A stretch of 64,000 nt of DNA from an uncultured Eubacteriales bacterium (GTDB lineage Bacteria; Bacillota; Peptococcia; Peptococcales; SKKY01). Positions 31,580-39,479 of the stretch are shown here, one piece after another. The notes under the pieces are model-generated. The model was not told the origin of the DNA. It was given only the letters and a program-made list of their open reading frames with translations, and made no database searches. The translations under genes were made by a program, and so were the position numbers. How positions within the stretch are numbered: the stretch's first letter is position 1; each line of letters begins with the position of its first letter. Where the stretch lies: assembly GCA_964642925.1 (NCBI GenBank), contig CAZXPJ010000001.1, positions 93,608 to 157,607 on the forward strand. Direction: 5' to 3'.

Positions 31580-32248
31580 TTAATAATCTACACCTATTCC
31601 TTCATTAGCAATAAGTTCTTCGTAAAAGGTAACCTCTGCACCTTTATAGTAAGCCATTAAAGGAAAGAAACCCAGTCCAAGGGTAAATAGAGCTACGAAA
31701 AACCATCCTATAAAAGATATTTGCAAACTAAATAAAGCCATCTTATTACCCTGCATCAGTTCTTTGCTTCTTCCTATAGCCTCCATATATGTTAAATCAG
31801 GGTCATCGTTAAATACATACCAGGTCATAGAGTATTTATAATAAGCTATAATTCCTGGAATAACTAGCAACATAGTCCAAAGAATTATAAAGATTGTTTT
31901 AACAATATTTGTAATAAAATATTTTAAAAAGTTATTAAAACCAGAAAATATGTCTTGTACTTCTGCATATTTACCTCTTCTTAAGTTTAGAAAAAAAGTT
32001 GCAGCTCCAAAGGATATGGGTCCTGCAAAAATTAAATTTATAAAACCCAAGGTCCCACTTTGTTTTTCTACAGTTTCTCTAATAATTTGCCCATTTTGAT
32101 ATATTTCTCTAACACTAGTTGAAGTAAATGTGTCTGCACTAGTAGCTAAAAGCCAAAGTAAAAAACAAACAGCAATTGCAGCAAGCCATTTATTTTGAAG
32201 CATGTCTAAGGATTCTCTTTTAAAATATTTGTTTGATTTGTAAACCAT
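31580..32248 (-). CDS. DUF975-family integral membrane protein
   Basis: 222 aa polytopic protein with the DUF975-like pattern (GAATFFLNLRRGKYAEVQDIFSGFNNF). Confidence 0.65.
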   Translation of the reverse strand: MVYKSNKYFKRESLDMLQNKWLAAIAVCFLLWLLATSADTFTSTSVREIYQNGQIIRETVEKQSGTLGFINLIFAGPISFGAATFFLNLRRGKYAEVQDIFSGFNNFLKYFITNIVKTIFIILWTMLLVIPGIIAYYKYSMTWYVFNDDPDLTYMEAIGRSKELMQGNKMALFSLQISFIGWFFVALFTLGLGFFPLMAYYKGAEVTFYEELIANEGIGVDY

Positions 32249-32260
32249 TATCTTTCTCCC

Positions 32261-33532
32261 TTAATCTAAGAAGTCGAATTCAATATCCTTAACCACAATA
32301 GTATCTCCATCAACTGCTCCCTTATTTCTAAGTTCATCTACCACGCCCATATCTTCTAGAATCTTAATAAATCTAAGCATTCCTTCTTCGCTAGTAAATT
32401 GAGTTTTATGATAGATCCTATCAATTTCATCTCCCACCACATAGAAGATATCTCCTTCTTTATGGATTTTAAAGAGTATTTCCTCTTCTACCTTAGTAAG
32501 CTTTACTAACTCTTCTGTTTCCTCAATATAAACCTCATCTGGCGTTTCCTTAAGGACTTTATAAACGTGGTAAATCAATTCCTTAAGCCCTTCTCCAGTG
32601 GCTGCTGAAATAGGGAAAATTTCATATCCAGTAATTTCTTTTTTAAATTCTTCTAGTTTTTCTGCCCCTCCCGTTATGTCCATTTTATTAGCAGCTATAA
32701 TCATGGGTCTTTTAATAAGTCTTTCACTATATTTACCTAATTCTTTATTAATAGTATGGAAATCTTCAATGGGATTTCTATCTTCCGATCCGGAGATATC
32801 TACTACATGGATCAAAACCTTAGTTCGCTCCGTATGTCTTAAGAATCTGTGTCCTAGCCCAGCACCCTCTGCAGCTCCCTCAATAAGGCCTGGAATATCT
32901 GCCATTACGAAACTTTCTCCTTGCTCCACTTGAACCATTCCTAAGTTAGGACTTAAGGTAGTAAAGTGATAGTCTGCAATTTTTGGTTTTGCTGCAGATA
33001 CTTGGGAAATAATTGTAGATTTACCTACATTAGGAAATCCTACTAAACCAACATCGGCTAATAGTTTAAGCTCAAGAATCAACCATTTTTCTTCCCCCAG
33101 ATCACCATTTTCAGCAAAGGTTGGTGCCGTATTTTTAGGATTTTTAAAGTTTTTATTTCCTCGGCCTCCACGGCCCCCTTTAGCAGCCATAAATTCCTGT
33201 CCCGGAGTTATTAAATCTGCCAATATTTTACCTGTTTCTGAATCCTTAACAATAGTTCCTACAGGCACCCTAAGAATTAAGTCCTTGGCGCTACGACCAT
33301 GCATAGAGGATCCTTCACCATGGGCCCCTCGCTCAGACTTATAGTGAGTCTGGTAACGAAAATCCACCAGGGTTCTAAGGCCAGAATCCGCCTTTAGGAT
33401 AATATCTCCCCCTTTACCTCCATCACCCCCAGAAGGTCCACCAAGAGCTACAAACTTTTCTCTTCTAAAAGCAGAGCAGCCATTTCCACCGTCACCAGCT
33501 TTTAGATTTATCTTCGTATAATCATAAAACAA
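32261..33532 (-). CDS. obg: GTPase Obg/CgtA
   Basis: 423 aa. Gly-rich Obg fold (GDGGNGCSAFRREKF), GFPNVGKST, DIPGLIEGA, C-terminal TGS/OCT domain. TTG start. Confidence 0.95.
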   Translation of the reverse strand: MFYDYTKINLKAGDGGNGCSAFRREKFVALGGPSGGDGGKGGDIILKADSGLRTLVDFRYQTHYKSERGAHGEGSSMHGRSAKDLILRVPVGTIVKDSETGKILADLITPGQEFMAAKGGRGGRGNKNFKNPKNTAPTFAENGDLGEEKWLILELKLLADVGLVGFPNVGKSTIISQVSAAKPKIADYHFTTLSPNLGMVQVEQGESFVMADIPGLIEGAAEGAGLGHRFLRHTERTKVLIHVVDISGSEDRNPIEDFHTINKELGKYSERLIKRPMIIAANKMDITGGAEKLEEFKKEITGYEIFPISAATGEGLKELIYHVYKVLKETPDEVYIEETEELVKLTKVEEEILFKIHKEGDIFYVVGDEIDRIYHKTQFTSEEGMLRFIKILEDMGVVDELRNKGAVDGDTIVVKDIEFDFLD

Positions 33533-33565
33533 CAGTAATACCTCTTTTCTTTACCTAAATAATAA

Positions 33566-33593
33566 GAAAAAAAACCTGGCATTTCAGCCAGGT
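33566..33593 (-). terminator. Intrinsic terminator between rpmA and obg
   Basis: Minus strand: ACCTGGC-tgaaat-GCCAGGT followed by TTTTTTTT. Confidence 0.8.
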
Positions 33594-33598
33594 CAAGA

Positions 33599-33877
33599 TT
33601 ATGCAGGATATACACTTACCTTTTTTCTTCTTTTATCTAGTCTTTCAAATTTTACAATACCTGATACTTTTGCAAATAAAGTATCATCACTACCCTTACC
33701 AACATTGTTTCCTGGATGAAGCTTTGTGCCTCTTTGACGAACCAGGATATTACCTGCTAATACGATTTGACCCTCTGAACGTTTTACGCCAAGTCTTTGT
33801 GCAGCTGAATCACGACCGTTTCTAGAAGAACCTACACCTTTTTTAGATGCGAACAACTGTAAATTAATTTTTAGCAT
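33599..33877 (-). CDS. rpmA: 50S ribosomal protein L27 (with cleavable N-terminal extension)
   Basis: [24 protein letters not shown].... ATG 33877 with GGAGGTGG RBS. The track start at 33928 is an upstream extension that overlaps prp. Confidence 0.95.
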   Translation of the reverse strand: MLKINLQLFASKKGVGSSRNGRDSAAQRLGVKRSEGQIVLAGNILVRQRGTKLHPGNNVGKGSDDTLFAKVSGIVKFERLDKRRKKVSVYPA

Positions 33878-33878
33878 G

Positions 33879-34214
33879 CTATCCACCTCCTTTTTTAACT
33901 TTAACATGCCCGGCATATGCCTGAGCAATGGAATCTATGCCTATTTCAATAGTTTTTAATATATATTGTGCTTTTTGGTAATCTTCTTCTGTAGCTTTGT
34001 TTATCTCAAATTTAAGATAACCCTTGGGTTCATCAATTGTCAGACTGACTTTATCTTCACCTATATGATAGGCTAAAGAATTATATCCAGTAGTTGCTAG
34101 GGCAGAAACTCCTGCACAAACAATATCCTTTCCATGTTCATCAAAAAAAGCATGACCAGACACTTCAAGACCTGCATAATTGGAATCTTTAAATAAGAAT
34201 TTGGCTTTGATCAT
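33879..34214 (-). CDS. prp: Ribosomal-processing cysteine protease Prp (YsxB)
   Basis: 111 aa. SGHA...[10 protein letters not shown] catalytic His/Cys pattern. Located between rplU and rpmA. Confidence 0.85.
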   Translation of the reverse strand: MIKAKFLFKDSNYAGLEVSGHAFFDEHGKDIVCAGVSALATTGYNSLAYHIGEDKVSLTIDEPKGYLKFEINKATEEDYQKAQYILKTIEIGIDSIAQAYAGHVKVKKGGG

Positions 34215-34217
34215 TTC

Positions 34218-34529
34218 TTAGCCTACAATTTTCTCAATTAGAATTTTTGTAAATGGCTGACGGTGACCTTGCTTTCTACGATAATTCTTCTTTGCTTTGT
34301 ACTTATAAACGATAATCTTTTTTGCTCTGCCATGATTTTGTATTTTTGCTTGTACTTTAGTTTCTTCAAGGAATGGAGCACCAACCTTAATGTTGTCCCC
34401 ATCAGAAATCATTAATACCTTATCAAGATCAACCACATCTCCAATTTCAGCTTTTAAAAGCTCTACGTTAATGCTATCTCCTTCTTGAACTTTGTATTGT
34501 TTACCACCTGTTTCAATAATAGCGTACAT
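34218..34529 (-). CDS. rplU: 50S ribosomal protein L21
   Basis: 103 aa. [14 protein letters not shown].... Confidence 0.95.
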   Translation of the reverse strand: MYAIIETGGKQYKVQEGDSINVELLKAEIGDVVDLDKVLMISDGDNIKVGAPFLEETKVQAKIQNHGRAKKIIVYKYKAKKNYRRKQGHRQPFTKILIEKIVG

Positions 34530-34636
34530 GTCTGCACCTCCAATTCGAAAGACTCGCCTGTTAAGGTACTGTTTAAAAACAGTTTAGGAACCTTTTCCGC
34601 GCGGTTTTAACGTCACACAGTGAGACCACTATAGAC
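34530..34636 (-). promoter_or_regulatory. Structured 5' leader of rplU-prp-rpmA (candidate L21 ribosomal-protein leader)
   Basis: This is the only locally GC-rich intergenic patch (CCGCGCGG core, ACTGTTT/AAACAGT hairpin) and it sits in the position where Firmicute L21 leaders occur. It has not been verified against a covariance model. Confidence 0.4.
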
Positions 34637-34642
34637 TCTAAT

Positions 34643-34671
34643 ATACTAACCCAATCCTAAAATAAAGTCAA
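34643..34671 (-). promoter_or_regulatory. Putative sigma-A promoter of the rplU operon
   Basis: Minus strand: TTGACT-17 nt-TAGTAT. The -35 box overlaps the stop codon of the upstream metallophosphoesterase gene. Confidence 0.45.
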
Positions 34672-35381
34672 GAAATAAGCTTGATTAATAAAGGATTAAA
34701 TGAGATAGCGTCAGCGCTTACTAATTTAAAATTAATGTCCCATTTTGAATCAGGTATTCTAAGACTAATCGAAGCATCATGTAGATGACCATAAAGACAA
34801 GTTTCTACACCATATTCTTTCATTAATTCGATAAAACCACTGTAATCATGTCTTAAGTTTACTGGAGGATAATGAAGCATAACGATTATCTCTCTACCAG
34901 GAATTTTAGGAACAGAATCAAGGGAAAGCTTAAGTCGAGCCAATTCCCTTAAATATATTTTTTCATCCTCAGGGGAGAAGCTACTTTCTCCTGGAACATT
35001 CCATCCTCTAGTACCACAAATATAAAGAAGCTCATTAATTTGGAAAGAATCATTTTGTATAAAATCAATATCCTGGGGTAAAAAAGCGCTCATTTTCTTA
35101 CTACTAGTCCACCAATAATCATGGTTCCCCCTAAGGAGTATCTTCTTCCCTGGCAAATTATGTAAGTATTCTATATCGTATTTAATTTCTTCCAAGTCCA
35201 TAGCCCAAGAAAAATCCCCGGGAAGGAGAATGATATCTTCTGAAGAAATATTTTCAAGCCAATTTCTTTGAATCTTTTTATCATGATCTTTCCAGTTGTG
35301 ACCAAAAATATCCATGGGTTTTTTGAGTTTCCCATCTTCTCCATAAGATAAGTGAAGGTCTCCAATAGCCCATAATTTCAT
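34668..35381 (-). CDS. Calcineurin-like metallophosphoesterase
   Basis: 237 aa. GDLHL, GDFSW, GNHDYWW, HYPP and GHLH metal-ligand motifs in canonical order. Confidence 0.75.
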   Translation of the reverse strand: MKLWAIGDLHLSYGEDGKLKKPMDIFGHNWKDHDKKIQRNWLENISSEDIILLPGDFSWAMDLEEIKYDIEYLHNLPGKKILLRGNHDYWWTSSKKMSAFLPQDIDFIQNDSFQINELLYICGTRGWNVPGESSFSPEDEKIYLRELARLKLSLDSVPKIPGREIIVMLHYPPVNLRHDYSGFIELMKEYGVETCLYGHLHDASISLRIPDSKWDINFKLVSADAISFNPLLIKLIS

Positions 35382-36830
35382 TTAAGATATGCCTTCAATT
35401 TCATAATAATCATCCCTATAAGTAAAGTCTTCCACTATCACTATAAGAACACCCATTTTTTCTTCCATGGCTTTTAAAATCTTTGCATTATGGTTCAAAA
35501 GATAACGATACATAAAAGAAGAGACCATTACTTTAAGAGTTTGGAAATTATTTTCCCTTACTAGGATTTTAAGATCCTCTTTTATTGTGGAGAACACAAG
35601 TCTTTCAGAGGTTACCTTGCCTCTACCTTCACAATTCTGACATTTTCTTTCAAAGGCAGAAGAAAGAGCACTTCCAACTTTTTTACGGGTCATCTCTACT
35701 AGACCTAGGTGAGTAATTCCAAAGATATGGCTTTTAACCCTATCTTTTTTTAATTCTTTATTTAGCTCTTCTACTAGTAAATCCTTCTTTTCTTTATCCT
35801 GCATATCGATAAAATCGATAATTATGATTCCTCCTATATTCCTTAACCTAATTTGCTTAACAATTTCTGTTACTGCTTCTAGGTTTGTAGCAAAAATAGT
35901 ATCCTCAAAAATATTGTTTTTCCCTGTATACTTACCTGTATTCACATCTATAGAAGTTAGAGCCTCCGTTTCATCAAAAATAATATAGCCACCATTATCT
36001 AGCCATACCTTTCGTGAAAGAGCACCTCTAATTTGACTTTTAATATCATAATAGGAAAAGAGATCTTTTTCCTCAACAATTTCTATTGCAAAATCATTTT
36101 CTTTTCCATTTTTAAAAAGAAGGAGTTTTTCATAATTTTCTTTATTATTAACTATTACCTTTTTTACATCTGTATTTAATATATCTCGCATTATTTTTTC
36201 AAAAACAGGCTTTTCTGAATGAATCAGGGCTGGAGCGTGAGTTTTTTTGGAAGTATTAATAATGTCTTCCCATAATTGGAGAAGCATATCCAAATCTTCT
36301 TTTAAACTTTCCTCTTCAGCATTTTCCGCTACTGTCCTTACTATAACTCCTATATCAGCAGGTTTGATTCTTTCCATAATTTCCCGTAGGTGTTGTATCT
36401 TGTCTGGATCTTCAATTTTCTTTGAAATTCCTATATGATTATTTAACGGCATTAAAACAAGATATCTTCCAGGAAGGGTTATTTGCCTTGAAACCCTAGA
36501 ACCCTTTTGCTGTACTGGTTCTTTTATTACTTGAAGCAAAATATTATCACCTTTTTTTACATGCTCAGCAATTAAATGTTCACAATTTCCATTAAAACTA
36601 TCATCTAAAACAGCTTCCTCTACATATAAAAAGGCATTTTTATTTAAACCAATATCTACAAAGGCAGACTGCATTCCAGGGAGAACATTTTCAACTCTTC
36701 CTAGATAAATATTTCCTGAATATCCTTCTTTAATAGAATCGCCAAAAAATAATTCTGTTAGTCTACCTTCCTCTAATACTCCGATTTGTACTTCTTCTTC
36801 TCCTGCTTGAATAATTAATTCTTGTCTCAT
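35382..36830 (-). CDS. rng: Ribonuclease G/E family endoribonuclease (Rng/CafA-like)
   Basis: 482 aa. S1 domain (GNIYLGRVENVLPGMQSAFVDIG), DNase-I-like catalytic core (IDVNTGKY, IIIDFIDM), Zn-link-like CQNCEGRG. Confidence 0.85.
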   Translation of the reverse strand: MRQELIIQAGEEEVQIGVLEEGRLTELFFGDSIKEGYSGNIYLGRVENVLPGMQSAFVDIGLNKNAFLYVEEAVLDDSFNGNCEHLIAEHVKKGDNILLQVIKEPVQQKGSRVSRQITLPGRYLVLMPLNNHIGISKKIEDPDKIQHLREIMERIKPADIGVIVRTVAENAEEESLKEDLDMLLQLWEDIINTSKKTHAPALIHSEKPVFEKIMRDILNTDVKKVIVNNKENYEKLLLFKNGKENDFAIEIVEEKDLFSYYDIKSQIRGALSRKVWLDNGGYIIFDETEALTSIDVNTGKYTGKNNIFEDTIFATNLEAVTEIVKQIRLRNIGGIIIIDFIDMQDKEKKDLLVEELNKELKKDRVKSHIFGITHLGLVEMTRKKVGSALSSAFERKCQNCEGRGKVTSERLVFSTIKEDLKILVRENNFQTLKVMVSSFMYRYLLNHNAKILKAMEEKMGVLIVIVEDFTYRDDYYEIEGIS

Positions 36831-36832
36831 AA

Positions 36833-37525
36833 CTACCCCACATTTGTTAAGATTTCTATCAAATCAAAATATTTATCATTCTGTTTGACGTAGAGTCCCT
36901 CTCTCTCAATACTAACTTCTTCAATAGGTATTCCCTGTATTGAAAAAAGATTTAGTAAATCCTGAACTCTTAGGTTTTTTGTGCCACCCTGGGCAATAGA
37001 TGCTTCTAGGACACATTTACCATTTCTAACTTCAACCATAACTATATCATAAATATATGATCTAATATCCGTCTCTTTGATTTTTCTCTTACTTTTTTTT
37101 AAAATAATTATTTCTTCTTTCCCTAATATTTCATCTATGGCTTTTTGTAACAAGCTAGATTCTACATTATTAAAATCTAATAAGTACTTCCCGCTATTAA
37201 TAACACTGGACATGGATTCTTGTTTTTCTACGACTTTCTTTACCTCTAGGACCCTAATTCCTAGAGGAGCAAATTCATTAAAGACCCTCTTAAATTCCTC
37301 TTCCTCTATTTCATCCCTTAGGTCTACCTCAAAGAACTCTCCACCCCCTGTATGTCCAACAGAAAGAGGCATGGCAAAGGAAAGTCTAGGGTGGGGATTA
37401 AAGCCTTCAGAAAGCATTACTGGAAGGCCTGTCCTTCTTAAACTCTTCATTATTGTTCTTGTTAAGTCTAAATGTCCAAGGAAACGACCTGCTTCAGTAA
37501 CCCTATACTTAACTCTTAATTTCAA
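36833..37525 (-). CDS. Radical SAM-linked protein, DUF2344 (TIGR03936-like)
   Basis: 230 aa. N-terminal signature RFLGHLDLTRTIMKSLRRTGLPVMLSEGFNPHPRLSFAMPLSVG. Its start overlaps the upstream radical SAM gene by 17 nt. Confidence 0.8.
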   Translation of the reverse strand: MKLRVKYRVTEAGRFLGHLDLTRTIMKSLRRTGLPVMLSEGFNPHPRLSFAMPLSVGHTGGGEFFEVDLRDEIEEEEFKRVFNEFAPLGIRVLEVKKVVEKQESMSSVINSGKYLLDFNNVESSLLQKAIDEILGKEEIIILKKSKRKIKETDIRSYIYDIVMVEVRNGKCVLEASIAQGGTKNLRVQDLLNLFSIQGIPIEEVSIEREGLYVKQNDKYFDLIEILTNVG

Positions 37526-39380
37526 TTTGCCTAGCCCCCTTGTAATCGATTTTTACAGGTAGATCTTGACAAACACCACAAACAGTACATCCAGTAAAGC
37601 GACAATCTCCTGTAAGTTCTATGGCTGCAGCTTTTTCATATTCACTTAGTAAATAAGACTTTCTTACCCCTGTATTAATAATATCCCAAGGAAAAACTTC
37701 CTCCAGGTTTCTTTCTCTAAAATTATAATCTTCAAAAGTGCATCCTTCTTCAGCCATAGCTTCTAGCCACTTATTGTAATCGAAGAACTTCCTCCAACCA
37801 TCTAGTTTGCAACCCTTTTCAAAAGCTCTTAAAAGCACCTTGCCAACCTTCCGATCCCCCCGGGCAAAAACTCCCTCTATAAGAGCTAAATCTCCATCAT
37901 GATAGTTAAAAACAATGCGCTTATTCCGTATATTTTTTTTAATCAGATTTTGTTTTTCTCGGATAGTCTCTAAAGAGTCTTGAGGCACCCATTGAAAAGG
38001 AGTGTGGGATTTAGGAACAAAGGCTGCAACGGAAATCGTTACCTTTGGTTTTTGATGACTATCCTGATATATTTTATCCCCTTCAGCCAATACTTTATAA
38101 GCAAGATCTACAATACCAAGAACATCTTCCTGCGTTTCCCAAGGTAAACCTATCATAAAGTATAATTTTATATTCAACCAACCTTCTTCAAAAGCTGCTC
38201 GAGCCACCTCTAGCATCTCTTCTTCCGTAACCCCTTTATTAATTATATCCCTCATTCTTTGTGTTCCTGCTTCCGGAGCGAAGGTAAGGCTTGTTTTTCT
38301 AACCCTGCTTACTTCTTTAGCGATCCCTACTGAAAAATTATCTACTCTTAAGGAAGGGAGAGAAATTCCAACTCCCTTTTCGCTAAATTCATTTGCTGTT
38401 TCTGTAATAAGGCATTGAATACCACTATAATCACTAGTGCTAAGAGAGGTAAAAGCAATATCATCATAACCTGTGTTCTTTATAATCTCTTTAACTTGCT
38501 CTACTAGAAGGTCCTTGCTTCTTTCCCTAACAGGACGATAAACAATTCCTGCATGGCAAAAACGACAACCCCTATTGCAACCTCTTAAAACCTCTACCAT
38601 AGCTCTATCATGGACGGTTTCTATATAAGGAACAATAGGTTTTAGAGGATAAACAGCCTTATCCAAGTCTGCTACAGTTCTTTTCACTATGGGAAAAGGA
38701 GCTTTCTCCATAATAGGATAAGCTATACCTTTATCATCTACTTCATAAAATGAAGGTATATATAGTCCAGATATTTTTACAAGTTCTAATAGAAGACTTT
38801 TTTTATCTAATTTCCCCTTGTTATTTTCTTTGTTGATTTTCACTTCCTCTAAAAGTTCTAAGATAATTTCTTCCCCATCACCAATAATAAAGACATCAAT
38901 AAAATCCGCTATGGGTTCTGGATTATAAACACAAGGTCCCCCGGCAATTACAAGGGGATTATCATTATTTCTATCTGCAGATAATTTAGGAATTCCTCCT
39001 AAATCAAGGATATTTAAGATATTGGTAAAAGTCATTTCATATTGAAGAGTAAAACCAATTACATCAAAATCATTAATGGGTTTCTGGCTTTCTAGACTAA
39101 AAAGACTAAGGTCACTTGCCCTAAGCTCTTCTTCCATATCTACCCAAGGACTAAAGACTCTTTCCATTAACATATCCGGATGTTGATTTACTATATTATA
39201 GATAATTTTTAAGCCAAGATGACTCATTCCTACCTCATATAAATCGGGAAAAGCAAAAGCTGTTTTTAAACTAATCTTATCCCAGTCCTTCTTCACCACA
39301 TTATATTCATCACCTAAATAACGTAGGGGTTTTTCTACTCGATTTAAGATCTTATTTATTTCTATTGATGGCATTTTCAA
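37509..39380 (-). CDS. B12-binding-domain radical SAM protein of unknown function (TIGR03960-like)
   Basis: 623 aa. N-terminal B12-like domain, radical SAM CNRGCRFC, C-terminal extra Cys cluster CRFTGCTVCGVC. Confidence 0.85.
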   Translation of the reverse strand: MKMPSIEINKILNRVEKPLRYLGDEYNVVKKDWDKISLKTAFAFPDLYEVGMSHLGLKIIYNIVNQHPDMLMERVFSPWVDMEEELRASDLSLFSLESQKPINDFDVIGFTLQYEMTFTNILNILDLGGIPKLSADRNNDNPLVIAGGPCVYNPEPIADFIDVFIIGDGEEIILELLEEVKINKENNKGKLDKKSLLLELVKISGLYIPSFYEVDDKGIAYPIMEKAPFPIVKRTVADLDKAVYPLKPIVPYIETVHDRAMVEVLRGCNRGCRFCHAGIVYRPVRERSKDLLVEQVKEIIKNTGYDDIAFTSLSTSDYSGIQCLITETANEFSEKGVGISLPSLRVDNFSVGIAKEVSRVRKTSLTFAPEAGTQRMRDIINKGVTEEEMLEVARAAFEEGWLNIKLYFMIGLPWETQEDVLGIVDLAYKVLAEGDKIYQDSHQKPKVTISVAAFVPKSHTPFQWVPQDSLETIREKQNLIKKNIRNKRIVFNYHDGDLALIEGVFARGDRKVGKVLLRAFEKGCKLDGWRKFFDYNKWLEAMAEEGCTFEDYNFRERNLEEVFPWDIINTGVRKSYLLSEYEKAAAIELTGDCRFTGCTVCGVCQDLPVKIDYKGARQIEIKS

Positions 39381-39479
39381 CTTCCTTCCTAAAAGATTAT
39401 TATACTATAGGCGTATTAAAATTAACAAATAGGATTTCACCCTTATGTTATAATTTAAAGCAAAGGAGGCATTATTACT

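Noticed and set aside
33878-33928. N-terminal extensions offered by the ORF track for rpmA. Similar extensions exist for rplM to 63512, rpsT from 24368, argC to 57817, argG to 50922, mtaB to 13289, dnaJ to 16083 and typA to 45126.
   Set aside because: The downstream starts have proper RBS spacing and restore canonical family N-termini. The extensions overlap upstream genes, promoters or terminators.
34560-34640. GC-rich patch considered as a possible tRNA or other small RNA gene.
   Set aside because: I could not draw a cloverleaf, and it has no T-loop GTTCGAATC-type or D-loop motif. Its position and orientation fit a cis-acting rplU leader.
37077-37562. 161-aa plus-strand ORF antisense to the DUF2344 gene. 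It is the longest antisense ORF in the window.
   Set aside because: - It is fully nested opposite two translationally coupled genes.
- It has a Ser/Leu/Phe-rich low-complexity sequence without motifs and no Shine-Dalgarno upstream.
- It is most likely a codon-bias artefact. The same reasoning applies to 30144-30500, 32598-32933, 47666-47986, 44168-44470 and the other listed antisense ORFs.
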